Shown: positions 1 through 9,052, numbered from the stretch's first letter. The stretch is DNA of 64,000 nt from an uncultured Candidatus Actinomarina sp. (GCA_902593795.1 CACJJR010000001.1:131230-195229); one strand, 5' to 3'. Made by a program: numbers and translations. Notes: generated by a model from the letters alone, not told the origin.

Positions 1-88
1 TTTCCGCACTTAAGTCTTCAATTTCTGAAGGACTAGAACAAAAAGTTAAAAGAAGTACAAATAAAATTAAAAGTATTTTAATCCTCAT
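1..88 (-). CDS. 5' end of a probable lipoprotein gene that runs off the left edge (partial)
   Basis: The minus-strand ATG at 88 gives MRIKILLILFVLLLTFCSSPSEIEDLSAE. This has a basic n-region, a hydrophobic core and a Cys, which is signal-peptide/lipobox-like. It starts 10 nt downstream of the lysA stop. Only 29 codons are visible. Confidence 0.35.
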   Translation of the reverse strand, partial: MRIKILLILFVLLLTFCSSPSEIEDLSAE

Positions 89-98
89 ATTTACTATC

Positions 99-1370
99 TT
101 AAATTAAATCGTTTACGAATGTATCTTGAAAACTCTGTCTATTTACTAACTCAACTACACCACTACTAGTCACTGCAACAACTCCTGATTTAGGCACTCG
201 GTTATAGTTACTTGCCATAGCGAAAGTATACGCACCGGTAGATGTAGACATTAAAATATCTCCAGACACAGTATCGCTTGGCAACATTGCATCTTTTACT
301 AATAAATCTCCACTTTCACAGTGTCTACCAGAGACTGCATGAACTACGTCTTCTCCAGCTTTTTCACCAGAGATATTAAAGAGTTTATGTTCACTTCCAT
401 ACAGTGCTGGCCTTGGATTATCTGACATACCACCATCTACCAAAATATATGGTTTCTCACCTCGATCGTCTTTTATAGCTCCAGCAGTATATAAAATTAC
501 ACCTGGATTGTTGACCAATGCTCTTCCTGGTTCAATCATGACTTTATAGGAGCCACTCCAGTGTTCTTTAATCCCTTCATGAATGGCATCTGCATAGACT
601 TTTAATTCATGATCTACTTCATCACCGGCATATGGTGAAAAGAATCCACCACCCGCATCAAAAACTATCTCTCTCTCGACACTTGCTGGGTGAGCATTAA
701 GAAAATCTGCACACTCACTCATTGCTTTTTTATAACGATCTGGGTCTTTAATCTGGCTTCCAATATGCACATGCACTCCAGAAAAAAGTAAGTGAGGGGA
801 GTTATATATTTGTTGCAGTGCCTCTTCTGCAAACCCAATGGAAATACCAAACTGTTGGTCGTATCCTGAAGTTAACACCATAGGATGAGTCTCAGCTCCA
901 ACATCTAAGTTGATTCTCATTATTACTGGTTGTTTTCTATCTAATTTCTCTGCAACTTCTTCTAGCATTGGAATCTCAAAACGATTGTCTACTGAGATAT
1001 GGCCACCATTATGTTGCATAAAAAACTCAATCTCATCTCTATGTTTAAACGTTCCATTAAATAGTGAGTTTTCTAATGTTCCAGTAACTGCCTGTACTGT
1101 TGCCATTTCTCCACCGGAGACAACATCTACTCCCCAGCCTTTATCATCTAACTCTTTTACTAATGCTTTACAGATAAATGCTTTTGCTGCGTATCTAAAA
1201 TATGTCTCCTGACCAAAGGCGTTCGTAAAATAATCAATGTTATCTTTTAAGTGTTCCCAGTCATAGACATACAGAGGTGTTCCATACTCTTTTGCTACAT
1301 CTAGTAATGAAGTCTTTCCAATATGAGCAACTCCATTTTTAAATTCGAGATTAGATGGTAAATAATTCAT
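99..1370 (-). CDS. lysA: diaminopimelate decarboxylase (PLP-dependent Orn/DAP/Arg decarboxylase fold)
   Basis: 423 aa. Motifs seen: TPLYVYD, YAAKAF (PLP lysine context), GGG loop, EPGR, and CESGD near the C-terminus. Confidence 0.85.
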   Translation of the reverse strand: MNYLPSNLEFKNGVAHIGKTSLLDVAKEYGTPLYVYDWEHLKDNIDYFTNAFGQETYFRYAAKAFICKALVKELDDKGWGVDVVSGGEMATVQAVTGTLENSLFNGTFKHRDEIEFFMQHNGGHISVDNRFEIPMLEEVAEKLDRKQPVIMRINLDVGAETHPMVLTSGYDQQFGISIGFAEEALQQIYNSPHLLFSGVHVHIGSQIKDPDRYKKAMSECADFLNAHPASVEREIVFDAGGGFFSPYAGDEVDHELKVYADAIHEGIKEHWSGSYKVMIEPGRALVNNPGVILYTAGAIKDDRGEKPYILVDGGMSDNPRPALYGSEHKLFNISGEKAGEDVVHAVSGRHCESGDLLVKDAMLPSDTVSGDILMSTSTGAYTFAMASNYNRVPKSGVVAVTSSGVVELVNRQSFQDTFVNDLI

Positions 1371-2134
1371 TTCTTTAAACGACGCTTAATCCAGGCAATA
1401 TCTTTCTTCTGCGCTTCAAGTCCTCCCGGTGTTTCTACAACAATATCAGATTTACAATTCTTAATAACATATTCCAGTTCTGCTTTTGGAATATTGCCTT
1501 TTCCTAGATTTTCATGACGATCTCTTGAACTTTCAAATCCATCTTTAGAATCATTGAAATGAACAAGGTCAATATTTTTTACCAGTTTTTTAAATCCTCT
1601 GACTGCCTTTTCAGTTGGAATACCTCCAGCCCATGTGTGACAAGTATCTAAGCAAAGTCCAACATTTAAATGTCCAATAACTTCCCATAGCCTTTCAATG
1701 GAATCCATATATCTTGCTACAGAGTTTTTTCCACCAGCAGTATTTTCTACTAAAACTCTCATACCTGTGTCTTCAACATGTTCTATAGCTTTTCGCCAGT
1801 TGTCATAACCTGTACCAATGTCTCCACCTTCACCTACAGATCCGCCATGTACAATAACTCCTTTGGCTCCAAAACTAGCTGCTACTTTACAAGTATCTTT
1901 GAGTAGTTTTCTACTTGGGTGACGTACTTTATTATTTGGTGTTGCAACATTTATTAAATAAGGTGCATGAACGTATATAGGACCACTGAAATCTTGTAAT
2001 TCTTCTAAATCTTCTCGTGGTTTTGGGCTTTTCCACATCTGAGGACTTGAAACAAAAATCTGAAAAGTATCACCTTTTCTCATTTTTATCTCTTCTACAG
2101 CATTTTTTGAAGGTATGTGTGCGCCAATATTCAT
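1367..2134 (-). CDS. nfo: deoxyribonuclease IV / AP endonuclease (xylose-isomerase-like TIM barrel)
   Basis: 255 aa. It has HAPYLINVA, VIVHGGS, and His/Asp/Glu metal-ligand positions (CLDTCH, HFND) typical of Nfo. There is a 4-nt overlap with lysA. Confidence 0.75.
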   Translation of the reverse strand: MNIGAHIPSKNAVEEIKMRKGDTFQIFVSSPQMWKSPKPREDLEELQDFSGPIYVHAPYLINVATPNNKVRHPSRKLLKDTCKVAASFGAKGVIVHGGSVGEGGDIGTGYDNWRKAIEHVEDTGMRVLVENTAGGKNSVARYMDSIERLWEVIGHLNVGLCLDTCHTWAGGIPTEKAVRGFKKLVKNIDLVHFNDSKDGFESSRDRHENLGKGNIPKAELEYVIKNCKSDIVVETPGGLEAQKKDIAWIKRRLKK

Positions 2135-2173
2135 GGGTATATTATAAAGGAATAATAAGCTGTAAAGAAAAAA

Positions 2174-3712
2174 TTATCCCATTACTTGCTCTGGCCCAAC
2201 AAGAATATACACACACTGTGGATTAGCAAACTTTTCGTTATTATCTATAACAGTAACTTCCAGTGCATTATTTATGTTTTTGATTTCAACACTTGCTCCC
2301 TGAGCTGTGCTTAGGTCAAGATCAATACATATATTCATTACTTTTATATCTGCTGGATTAGCACCTTCCACTAACCATTTCTTAGTTGGTGCTTGTGTTG
2401 GTCCAGTATTCAATGAGGTTATAGTGTATTTTGTTTCTATACGTTCTGTAAAGATAAGCACACCTCCATTGCGACTGCTAAAATTTCCAAATGCTAATAA
2501 TTGTCGTCCATTGGTTAAATCAAGAAAATCTGGATCACCTCCAGGTGGAAGGTACTCTGGTTCAGACCAGTTAATGCCATCAGGTCCTTTTCTGTATTCC
2601 ATAAAGTCATATGTTGGCCAGATCCATTCCACAATTCCTGCTCTATTTAGTTTGATAGCTGGGTTTGTAGTTACATCTATATCCCCACCATATAAACGAT
2701 CAATTTGTACACTCCAGCTAATTCCATCATTAGATGTTGCTACACACGCTCTTCGGTTAAAAGGGCCTAGAGGACTTACTAACTCTTGTACATGAAAAAT
2801 CCAAGAGCCATCATTTAATTTAGTAATTGTAGGATCTCCTAATGGTCCAAATGGGTTTCCGTCAGTGTCCTTGCAGTCTGATTGTACAAATCTTGGAATA
2901 CTAACTTCTTGAAAATTTTTTCCATCTGAAGATTCATATTTTACTAATGAGTCACCAGATGCGGAAAGTTTCCAGCCCCATGCAGATACTGTTCCGTCGA
3001 TTACTAATGCTTCAATAGGAGACTGAACAGGAACTCTAACGCCTGCCTCTACAATCCATGTTCTTCCCCCATCGCTGGACACCGCTGAATGAATCAAGTT
3101 GTCATATCCACTGATCCCTGCTTGAGGTTCATTACCGTTCTTAAAGTAAACCCTAAGATTCCCATCATTTGTTTGTACTAAAGATGGATCAGCAATATTT
3201 CCTAAATTGTTTTCTAAACTTCTAATTGAACCAAGATAGGAAAGATGCATAGAACTTAATGTAGTGCCTTGCATTACCGGGTTTCCCTGCTCTTGTTTTT
3301 GATTTGCTTCAGATGGAGAATTATCGCCTTCAGCGACTGGTTGTCTGCCACCTATGCCCGGATCCGGTGGTGGTGGTATATTACATGCTTTAAAATATTC
3401 TTGATATTTTTCCTGTGTTGCGTTTCCTTCAATTAAATCCTTTTCCATCTCCCTAATTACTTCAGATCCTGCTTTTTCAACTAAACATACTTGCTCACTT
3501 TTCAATAAATAGTAGAAAATGCCCTGAGGAAACTCTGCCAGCAGTTCTTCAACTATATTTTCAGTTGAAACTTTATCAATAGAAGTAGCATCATTAATTA
3601 TTGTTTCTTCTGTGCTTGACTCAATATTGATGTTGTCTGAAGAATTTTCTTCAGTTGAACAAGCTTGAAATAATAAAAGAAGAATTAAGCCTATATTTAT
3701 TGACTTTTTCAT
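2174..3712 (-). CDS. secreted/lipid-anchored BNR (Asp-box) repeat beta-propeller protein, sialidase/glycosidase-like, function unknown
   Basis: 512 aa. It has the signal peptide MKKSINIGLILLLLFQAC. Asp-box motifs are SSDGGRTW, SSDGKNF and SNDGISW. Confidence 0.7.
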   Translation of the reverse strand: MKKSINIGLILLLLFQACSTEENSSDNINIESSTEETIINDATSIDKVSTENIVEELLAEFPQGIFYYLLKSEQVCLVEKAGSEVIREMEKDLIEGNATQEKYQEYFKACNIPPPPDPGIGGRQPVAEGDNSPSEANQKQEQGNPVMQGTTLSSMHLSYLGSIRSLENNLGNIADPSLVQTNDGNLRVYFKNGNEPQAGISGYDNLIHSAVSSDGGRTWIVEAGVRVPVQSPIEALVIDGTVSAWGWKLSASGDSLVKYESSDGKNFQEVSIPRFVQSDCKDTDGNPFGPLGDPTITKLNDGSWIFHVQELVSPLGPFNRRACVATSNDGISWSVQIDRLYGGDIDVTTNPAIKLNRAGIVEWIWPTYDFMEYRKGPDGINWSEPEYLPPGGDPDFLDLTNGRQLLAFGNFSSRNGGVLIFTERIETKYTITSLNTGPTQAPTKKWLVEGANPADIKVMNICIDLDLSTAQGASVEIKNINNALEVTVIDNNEKFANPQCVYILVGPEQVMG

Positions 3713-3883
3713 ATATTAACTATTATATGAAATATTTCGTTTTACAAATAAATTACGTAATTTTATTAAAATTATAGATAGGACTTCCTTTCGTGCTTTG
3801 AGCCACTTCTAAAGCCGATAAAACAAAAATTTACAGCCACGGGGAGTCTTTTTGCTTTTTTTGGAATAAAAACCCTGTAAAAA

Positions 3884-4035
3884 GTGAAAATCCCGATTGA
3901 TCTTGCGACCTTCCGGGATTTTCTTACTATCTTCAATTAGGTCTTGCGACTTCATTTCTTATAGTTATATAAAAGTACAGTAGTTTTGTGATTTAAGCAA
4001 GATATTTTTGTTTCTTTTTTTCGCGAACTTTTATA
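3884..4035 (-). promoter_or_regulatory. copy A of a duplicated ~150-nt upstream element (promoter-like part plus a 36-nt hairpin with U tract) before the BNR lipoprotein gene 2174..3712
   Basis: It aligns block by block with 5069..5221. The hairpin at 3887..3922 is AAAATCCCG/CGGGATTTT enclosing GGTC-GCAA-GATC (minus-strand sense). It also has a TTCGCGAA palindrome at 4020..4027. Confidence 0.5.
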
Positions 4036-4058
4036 CATGTTTTCTATAGTTTTTATAT

Positions 4059-5036
4059 CTATGGCGTTATTAAAACCATGGAGTAAAGAATGTAATCTCT
4101 GTCTCCTAACTCATTTGGAGCTACAGAAGATATCAATAAATAAGTGCCGTTGTCTAACAAAATACCTGTTGGGTCAAGATAGCTCATATTCGTTGGTGAT
4201 ATTGCATTTCCAGTAAATTCCCAAGTAAGGCCATCTTTTGACGTACCGTAAAAAATACTCTGAGGGATTCTTGGAAGCCCTTCTGGTGAATAGGAAAAGA
4301 CAGCCTCCCAATTATTTTCTTCAGCTCGTAAAACTTCAAAATCAACATAACCATTTTCTAGCCTGTATCCTGGATCTTTCGTAAATTTTATTCCTTTAGG
4401 TGAATCTGAAGTAGCGCTTACTATTTTTTCTCCACGCATTCCTGTTGATTCTGCAACCCAATAAAGTCTTACACGTCCATCCGGTAAAAGAACTGAATCG
4501 GGAACACCCCAAGCCATACTTCCGCCATCGTTAAAACCTAACGATTTTGATTCGGAGTAGGTTAGTCCATCCTCACTGAATATAGCCGTATATATTTCTT
4601 TCGATTTTGTATTAGGGTTGAGTTCAACATAATACCCCCTTCTAACACCATCTACAGTTGTAATTAATGTTAAGTCTTGAACTCTGTTTACTACACCTTG
4701 TCTGATACAGTTCAGTTCATAATCACATAAATCCACAGCTAATCCCATTACATCAAGACTCGAATAAAAAATTCTTAATGTAGAGCTGTCAACAACTTCC
4801 ATATGTGGACTTACGCCCCTTACCATCATGTTTTTAATTTCTGAAAGAACTCCGTCTGGCTGAAGAGTAGTTGTGGTTGTATCTTGAACTGTAGTTGTGG
4901 TTGTATCTTGAACTGTAGTTGTGGTTGTCTCCTGTTCTTCAGTAGAAGCAGGCTGTTCAACTGAGCTTGTAACACCCTCTACGCTTGAACCTCCACAAGA
5001 AATAAGTATGAATCCTAAAAATATTATTTTCTTCAT
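4059..5036 (-). CDS. lipoprotein with a Thr-rich linker and a BNR (Asp-box) beta-propeller-like domain, function unknown
   Basis: 325 aa. It has the lipobox LISC, the linker TTTTTVQDTTTTTVQDTTTTTLQ, and Asp-boxes SEDGLTY and SKDGLTW. Confidence 0.7.
   Translation of the reverse strand: MKKIIFLGFILISCGGSSVEGVTSSVEQPASTEEQETTTTTVQDTTTTTVQDTTTTTLQPDGVLSEIKNMMVRGVSPHMEVVDSSTLRIFYSSLDVMGLAVDLCDYELNCIRQGVVNRVQDLTLITTVDGVRRGYYVELNPNTKSKEIYTAIFSEDGLTYSESKSLGFNDGGSMAWGVPDSVLLPDGRVRLYWVAESTGMRGEKIVSATSDSPKGIKFTKDPGYRLENGYVDFEVLRAEENNWEAVFSYSPEGLPRIPQSIFYGTSKDGLTWEFTGNAISPTNMSYLDPTGILLDNGTYLLISSVAPNELGDRDYILYSMVLITP
4867..4930 (-). repeat. 24-bp tandem repeat (about 2.6 copies) encoding the Thr-rich linker
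   Basis: On the plus strand, gtagttgtggttgtatcttgaact occurs at 4867..4890 and again exactly at 4891..4914. A diverged partial copy follows to 4930. Confidence 0.9.
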
Positions 5037-5068
5037 ATTTTGATACTACACAGTTATTTCATGACAAA

Positions 5069-5221
5069 AGCAAAAATCCCGATTGATCTTGCGACCCTCC
5101 GGGATTTTTTATTCTATCTTCTTTTCCATCTTGCGATTTCTTTTCCGATAGTGTTCTATAAATATACGTTAGTTTTTGTTCTTACGCAAGATATTTACTA
5201 ATGTATTTTTCGCGAGGTTTA
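5069..5221 (-). promoter_or_regulatory. copy B of the duplicated upstream element, before the BNR lipoprotein gene 4059..5036
   Basis: The hairpin at 5072..5110 has the same arms and the same GGTC-GCAA-GATC interior as copy A. A second small GCAA hairpin at 5128..5137 corresponds to 3941..3950 in copy A. TTCGCGAG lies at 5209..5216. Confidence 0.5.
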
Positions 5222-5266
5222 GGAACCATTTTCAACATCAAGAACAATATTCCTAATATAAAAAAC

Positions 5267-5716
5267 CTATTCTTCTTCTTGAAAACTAAATGATGGAAAA
5301 ACATTATGGATTTCATTAATTGGGACATCATCAATTTGAATACTGTATGTCTCTTCATCAAATGAAATCTTTAGAAAATTATCCTCTACTAATTCAACGT
5401 TTGTTATATCAAATGTATTCCTAATTACAGAAAGTGTTTTTTCTTTTGTACGGAGCACTATCTTTGTATCAATAACTTCAATAACCGGTTGGAATATACT
5501 TTGAATTGATATGAATAGTTGTAGTAACCCAAAAAATAGTAAAAGATAGTAAAGGTATTCCTCCCTCGAGTTTGATCCAAATTCTCCTAATTTAAAATAG
5601 GTTATCATTAGTTTTCTAAAAGGGCCTGAAATAATATTATCTATTCCAATGTATGTAAGGAGACTTCCCCTGAGAAGTGGGAGAAGAAGACTATTCCTAT
5701 CTCTATAAATTTTCAT
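5267..5716 (-). CDS. hypothetical membrane protein
   Basis: 149 aa. It has one or two hydrophobic segments (YLYYLLLFFGLLQLFISIQSIF) followed by a soluble acidic C-terminal domain. No motif was recognised. Confidence 0.55.
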   Translation of the reverse strand: MKIYRDRNSLLLPLLRGSLLTYIGIDNIISGPFRKLMITYFKLGEFGSNSREEYLYYLLLFFGLLQLFISIQSIFQPVIEVIDTKIVLRTKEKTLSVIRNTFDITNVELVEDNFLKISFDEETYSIQIDDVPINEIHNVFPSFSFQEEE

Positions 5717-5766
5717 ATATTTTATCTTTAGCTATCAGAATAACCTAGTTTAGCTATTGTTTTTGT

Positions 5767-6462
5767 ATGGAAATCGTATTGATTCGACATGGTCAACCAG
5801 AATGGATGCCTAATAATATTTATACTAAAAATCCAGGACTTACTGATTTAGGAAAAATACAATCTCAAAAATCCTCTTCAGTTTTTCAAAAAAACGATAT
5901 TGATGAGTTGTGGGTTTCACCTCTAAAGCGTGCCCAAGAGACTTTTACTCCTTTCAAAGAAAAAGGTGTCGCAAAATCTACCTACATATATGAATGGCTT
6001 CAAGAAATGCAAGACGATGAGGAAGAAGCTTTATATGGGAAAAGCAGTGAAGAAATAATGGCATTTTTTGAAAAACGTAATTCACAGTCATTTGAAGAGT
6101 GGACTGTTGGTAATCATGGAAAATACATGGAAAAATTTAGTAAAAATATTGTATCGAATTTAGAAATAGAGCTGGAGAAAAGAGGGATAGTTTCATTAGA
6201 TACAAAATTCGATAGGCGATTTGATTTAAGCAAATCTAACATTGAGAAGCTTATGATTATTTCTCATGCTGGAACTATGTCTGTACTGCTCTCGTATTTT
6301 TTAAATATGCCTCTTTATGCATGGACATGGAGAAAATTTCTTCCAAGACATACTGGACACACTACATTTAAATCTACTGAGATTTCTAATGGTCACTTTT
6401 TTAGACTTAAAGAGTTTAACAATGTCTCATTTATGGACAGTGACGAAGAACAAACCTACTAA
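5767..6462 (+). CDS. histidine phosphatase family protein (phosphoglycerate-mutase-like)
   Basis: 231 aa. It has an N-terminal LIRHGQPEW (RHG catalytic motif) and a later SHAGT. Confidence 0.7.
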   Translation: MEIVLIRHGQPEWMPNNIYTKNPGLTDLGKIQSQKSSSVFQKNDIDELWVSPLKRAQETFTPFKEKGVAKSTYIYEWLQEMQDDEEEALYGKSSEEIMAFFEKRNSQSFEEWTVGNHGKYMEKFSKNIVSNLEIELEKRGIVSLDTKFDRRFDLSKSNIEKLMIISHAGTMSVLLSYFLNMPLYAWTWRKFLPRHTGHTTFKSTEISNGHFFRLKEFNNVSFMDSDEEQTY

Positions 6463-6484
6463 AATAATTTTAAATTAATAAATT

Positions 6485-7153
6485 ATGCCTTATACAAAAG
6501 CTTTACCTGAGGTAACTATTAGTGCCTATACGCCAAGAAAGAAGCGTTTCTTTTTGAAGTATCTTGCTCATTTTCTGCTTTTTTTTGAAAATGTCAAAGC
6601 TAAAGGATCATTTTTAGATAATAAAAGAGTAATAGTTGCTGCTGCGCCTCATCAATCGGGAAAAGACGAATATTTAATGGTTTTAATGATTTTAGCTTTA
6701 GATATTGATGTCTGTTATCTTTCAGCAAAATGGACTATGCGAAGAATTCCTAATCCTTTCATTAATCCTGCAGATATCGACAAACAAGGTATCCCTTGGC
6801 CACTTGGTTGGCTCCAAGAAATTGCATTTAAAAAATTTGGTGCCATCCCAGTAGACAGAAAAATGAATAGTGGCCAGTATGATTCTGTTGTTAAGGAGCT
6901 TACTCAACGAGACAATTTCCTACTTATTATTACACCGGAAGGCAGATTTGATGCAACTAGATTTAGAAGTAGTTTTTTGTATTTAGCTAAGGAGCTGGAA
7001 GCCGAAGTAATGCCTGTACAGATCGATTATGAAAATCATAAATTACAGTTTTTAAATAGTTTAGACCTTGAAGGATCAGAAGAAGAAGTTATACAAAGAC
7101 TTCGTTTATGCTTTGATGGAATAAAGGGTAAAAAAAATAGGTTTAAAGCTTAA
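6485..7153 (+). CDS. PlsC-type (lysophospholipid/glycerolipid) acyltransferase
   Basis: 222 aa. It has the HX4D motif HQSGKD and a downstream ITPEGR block. Confidence 0.6.
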   Translation: MPYTKALPEVTISAYTPRKKRFFLKYLAHFLLFFENVKAKGSFLDNKRVIVAAAPHQSGKDEYLMVLMILALDIDVCYLSAKWTMRRIPNPFINPADIDKQGIPWPLGWLQEIAFKKFGAIPVDRKMNSGQYDSVVKELTQRDNFLLIITPEGRFDATRFRSSFLYLAKELEAEVMPVQIDYENHKLQFLNSLDLEGSEEEVIQRLRLCFDGIKGKKNRFKA

Positions 7154-8004
7154 TGGAAGAGAAAATTCATAATTTAATCAATGAAAGAAACCCTTGGTTA
7201 CTCAAAAGTAATTTTTTATCAAAAACACTTTATAAGATACTTAAAAAGTATCTCAAATTTAATGAAACTGTTTTTGTTGGTGAACATATTCAAAGCATGT
7301 CTGGACAAGAGGCCTTTAGCTGGTTAGGTAATGAGTATACAAGTAACTGCACTGTTGAAGGTCTTGAAAATATTCCTAGTGATGGAAAATTCTTAATTGT
7401 GTCAAACCACCCTATGGGAGCTGCAGATGCTATTGCACTCTATCACCAGATTTATCCAGTGCGTGATGACCTTTTCTTTTTTGCAAATGAATTATTTGTT
7501 TATCTTTTAGGTGCTTTTCACGATCTCTTAGCGCCAGTTGTCTGGAACAAGGAAAAAGAAACCCATTCAGCTAACAAAGAAACTCTTGAACGTCTTAGTG
7601 TTTTTTTTGGCGATGATAGAGGCGGTATAATCTTCCCTTCAGGACGGCTTTCAAAGCTTACACTATTTGGTTTATGGGATCGACCATGGGAGAGCACTCC
7701 TATTGCTCTTGCTAAAAAATACAATTTCCCCCTAGTGCCTGTATATGTAGAAGGTAAAAACTCCTGGTTCTTTTATTTTGCATCATATCTAAATAAGCAA
7801 TTAAGAGATGTTTCTCAATTAAATGAGTTGTTTAACAAAAGAAATGTAAAAATATCTATAAAAATCGGTAAACCTGTAAATGTAAGTACCCTAAATGACA
7901 ATAACGACGTAGCAATTAATCAGCTGCGCTATAAGTCGGAAAGTCTTAGAAAAAAAGGTTTGTTGAAGTTAAATCGAAAAATTAATCTAAGAAATCTTAG
8001 TTAA
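7153..8004 (+). CDS. second acyltransferase of the PlsC/LPLAT superfamily
   Basis: 283 aa. It has SNHPMGAADA (a variant NHx5D) and IIFPSGR blocks. Its start overlaps the stop of the previous gene. Confidence 0.55.
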   Translation: MEEKIHNLINERNPWLLKSNFLSKTLYKILKKYLKFNETVFVGEHIQSMSGQEAFSWLGNEYTSNCTVEGLENIPSDGKFLIVSNHPMGAADAIALYHQIYPVRDDLFFFANELFVYLLGAFHDLLAPVVWNKEKETHSANKETLERLSVFFGDDRGGIIFPSGRLSKLTLFGLWDRPWESTPIALAKKYNFPLVPVYVEGKNSWFFYFASYLNKQLRDVSQLNELFNKRNVKISIKIGKPVNVSTLNDNNDVAINQLRYKSESLRKKGLLKLNRKINLRNLS

Positions 8005-8006
8005 AT

Positions 8007-8984
8007 TTATTCTACAACTTCCCCTGTTCGTGGATTTACACCTAGATTACCAACCATATATCCAAATAAAAGTGGTGTAGTTACCAAACCTCCGAGGCCG
8101 TAGAATCTCCAAGTAATATCATAAGAGTTTTGTGCTTGCAAAATTAATAAATATACAACAAAAAACAAACCGTAAAGAGAAGCTACCATTGCTGAACTTA
8201 CTTGAATTTTACGATCATGATCTGTTTTGTAATACCAATTTGTTACTGAATAAACTCCAAAACTATAGGCTGCACCAATACCAATAATTAACAACATTAA
8301 TCCAGTGTCTCCTAAAGAAGAATGGACCGAAACATAAACAAAAGAGAGAAAATAGAGTAGGAACATTTGACTTGATGTCATTTTGAATCTTACTGCATAA
8401 ACAAAAACAATACTCGCAAGCATAGCTTGAAAAAATAATGTTCCTGCAGCAAATGCATCGTCATATGAAAAAAATACACCATATTGCAAATATGGATGAA
8501 GGAACTGTGTAATAAACATTATCAAACCATAAATTGTTGATACTGCTACTACTGAAGCTGTATCTAGTTTGTCAGTACTTGGCCTTGCAGTAAAAACATA
8601 ATCCAACATAAGAAAGGCACCTAAAAAAAGCATTAAGTGTGAAGGTGAAACTAGAGGTTCTACTCCAGTCTCGATCCCAAGCAGGGTATGCCAAACTGCA
8701 TCAGAAGCTCCTCCTATACCGAAAATTACTGCCCCTAAAACACCAACATCAAATTTGTAATCTTTTATTTTATTTTTAACATAGATGGCAACAAGAACTG
8801 AGAAAGCATACCCTGAATACAATACTGCATGCCAGGGAGTAAAAAATGTTTCAATATCATCAATTAAGTATGTATGAGCACTTGAATCTATCCAGGCACC
8901 AATAAAGAACCAAAGCATAGCAACAATAAATAAGTTTCTATCTTTCTGATTGGTTATTGCAACAGGTGACAATTTATTAAACAT
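8007..8984 (-). CDS. polytopic integral membrane protein, function unknown
   Basis: 325 aa. It is hydrophobic throughout, with roughly 9-10 predicted TM segments. Confidence 0.6.
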   Translation of the reverse strand: MFNKLSPVAITNQKDRNLFIVAMLWFFIGAWIDSSAHTYLIDDIETFFTPWHAVLYSGYAFSVLVAIYVKNKIKDYKFDVGVLGAVIFGIGGASDAVWHTLLGIETGVEPLVSPSHLMLFLGAFLMLDYVFTARPSTDKLDTASVVAVSTIYGLIMFITQFLHPYLQYGVFFSYDDAFAAGTLFFQAMLASIVFVYAVRFKMTSSQMFLLYFLSFVYVSVHSSLGDTGLMLLIIGIGAAYSFGVYSVTNWYYKTDHDRKIQVSSAMVASLYGLFFVVYLLILQAQNSYDITWRFYGLGGLVTTPLLFGYMVGNLGVNPRTGEVVE

Positions 8985-9052
8985 ATAAATATTATAAACA
9001 GAAAGCTTTTCTGGTCTTTACGAAAATAAGCTAGAAAAGATAAAATAAGCCT

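Noticed and set aside
2307-2795. A 162-aa plus-strand ORF inside the BNR lipoprotein gene. Similar antisense ORFs lie at 910..1212, 2017..2226, 6722..6907, 7518..7724, 9559..9912, 11166..11402 and 13876..14172.
   Set aside because: These ORFs lie wholly antisense to genes with clear motifs, and they have no start context or motifs of their own. Their Ser/Pro/Leu-rich composition is typical of the reverse frame of AT-rich coding DNA.
3887-5110. The AAAATCCCG...CGGGATTTT hairpins as copies of a mobile MITE-like element, or as relatives of the 60978..60996 terminator (GGGATTTT-ATA-AAAATCCC).
   Set aside because: Only two copies are seen, both embedded in a longer collinear conserved leader without terminal repeats or target duplications. 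The similarity to the 60.9-kb terminator is limited to the AT-rich arm sequence in the opposite arm order, so it is probably coincidence.
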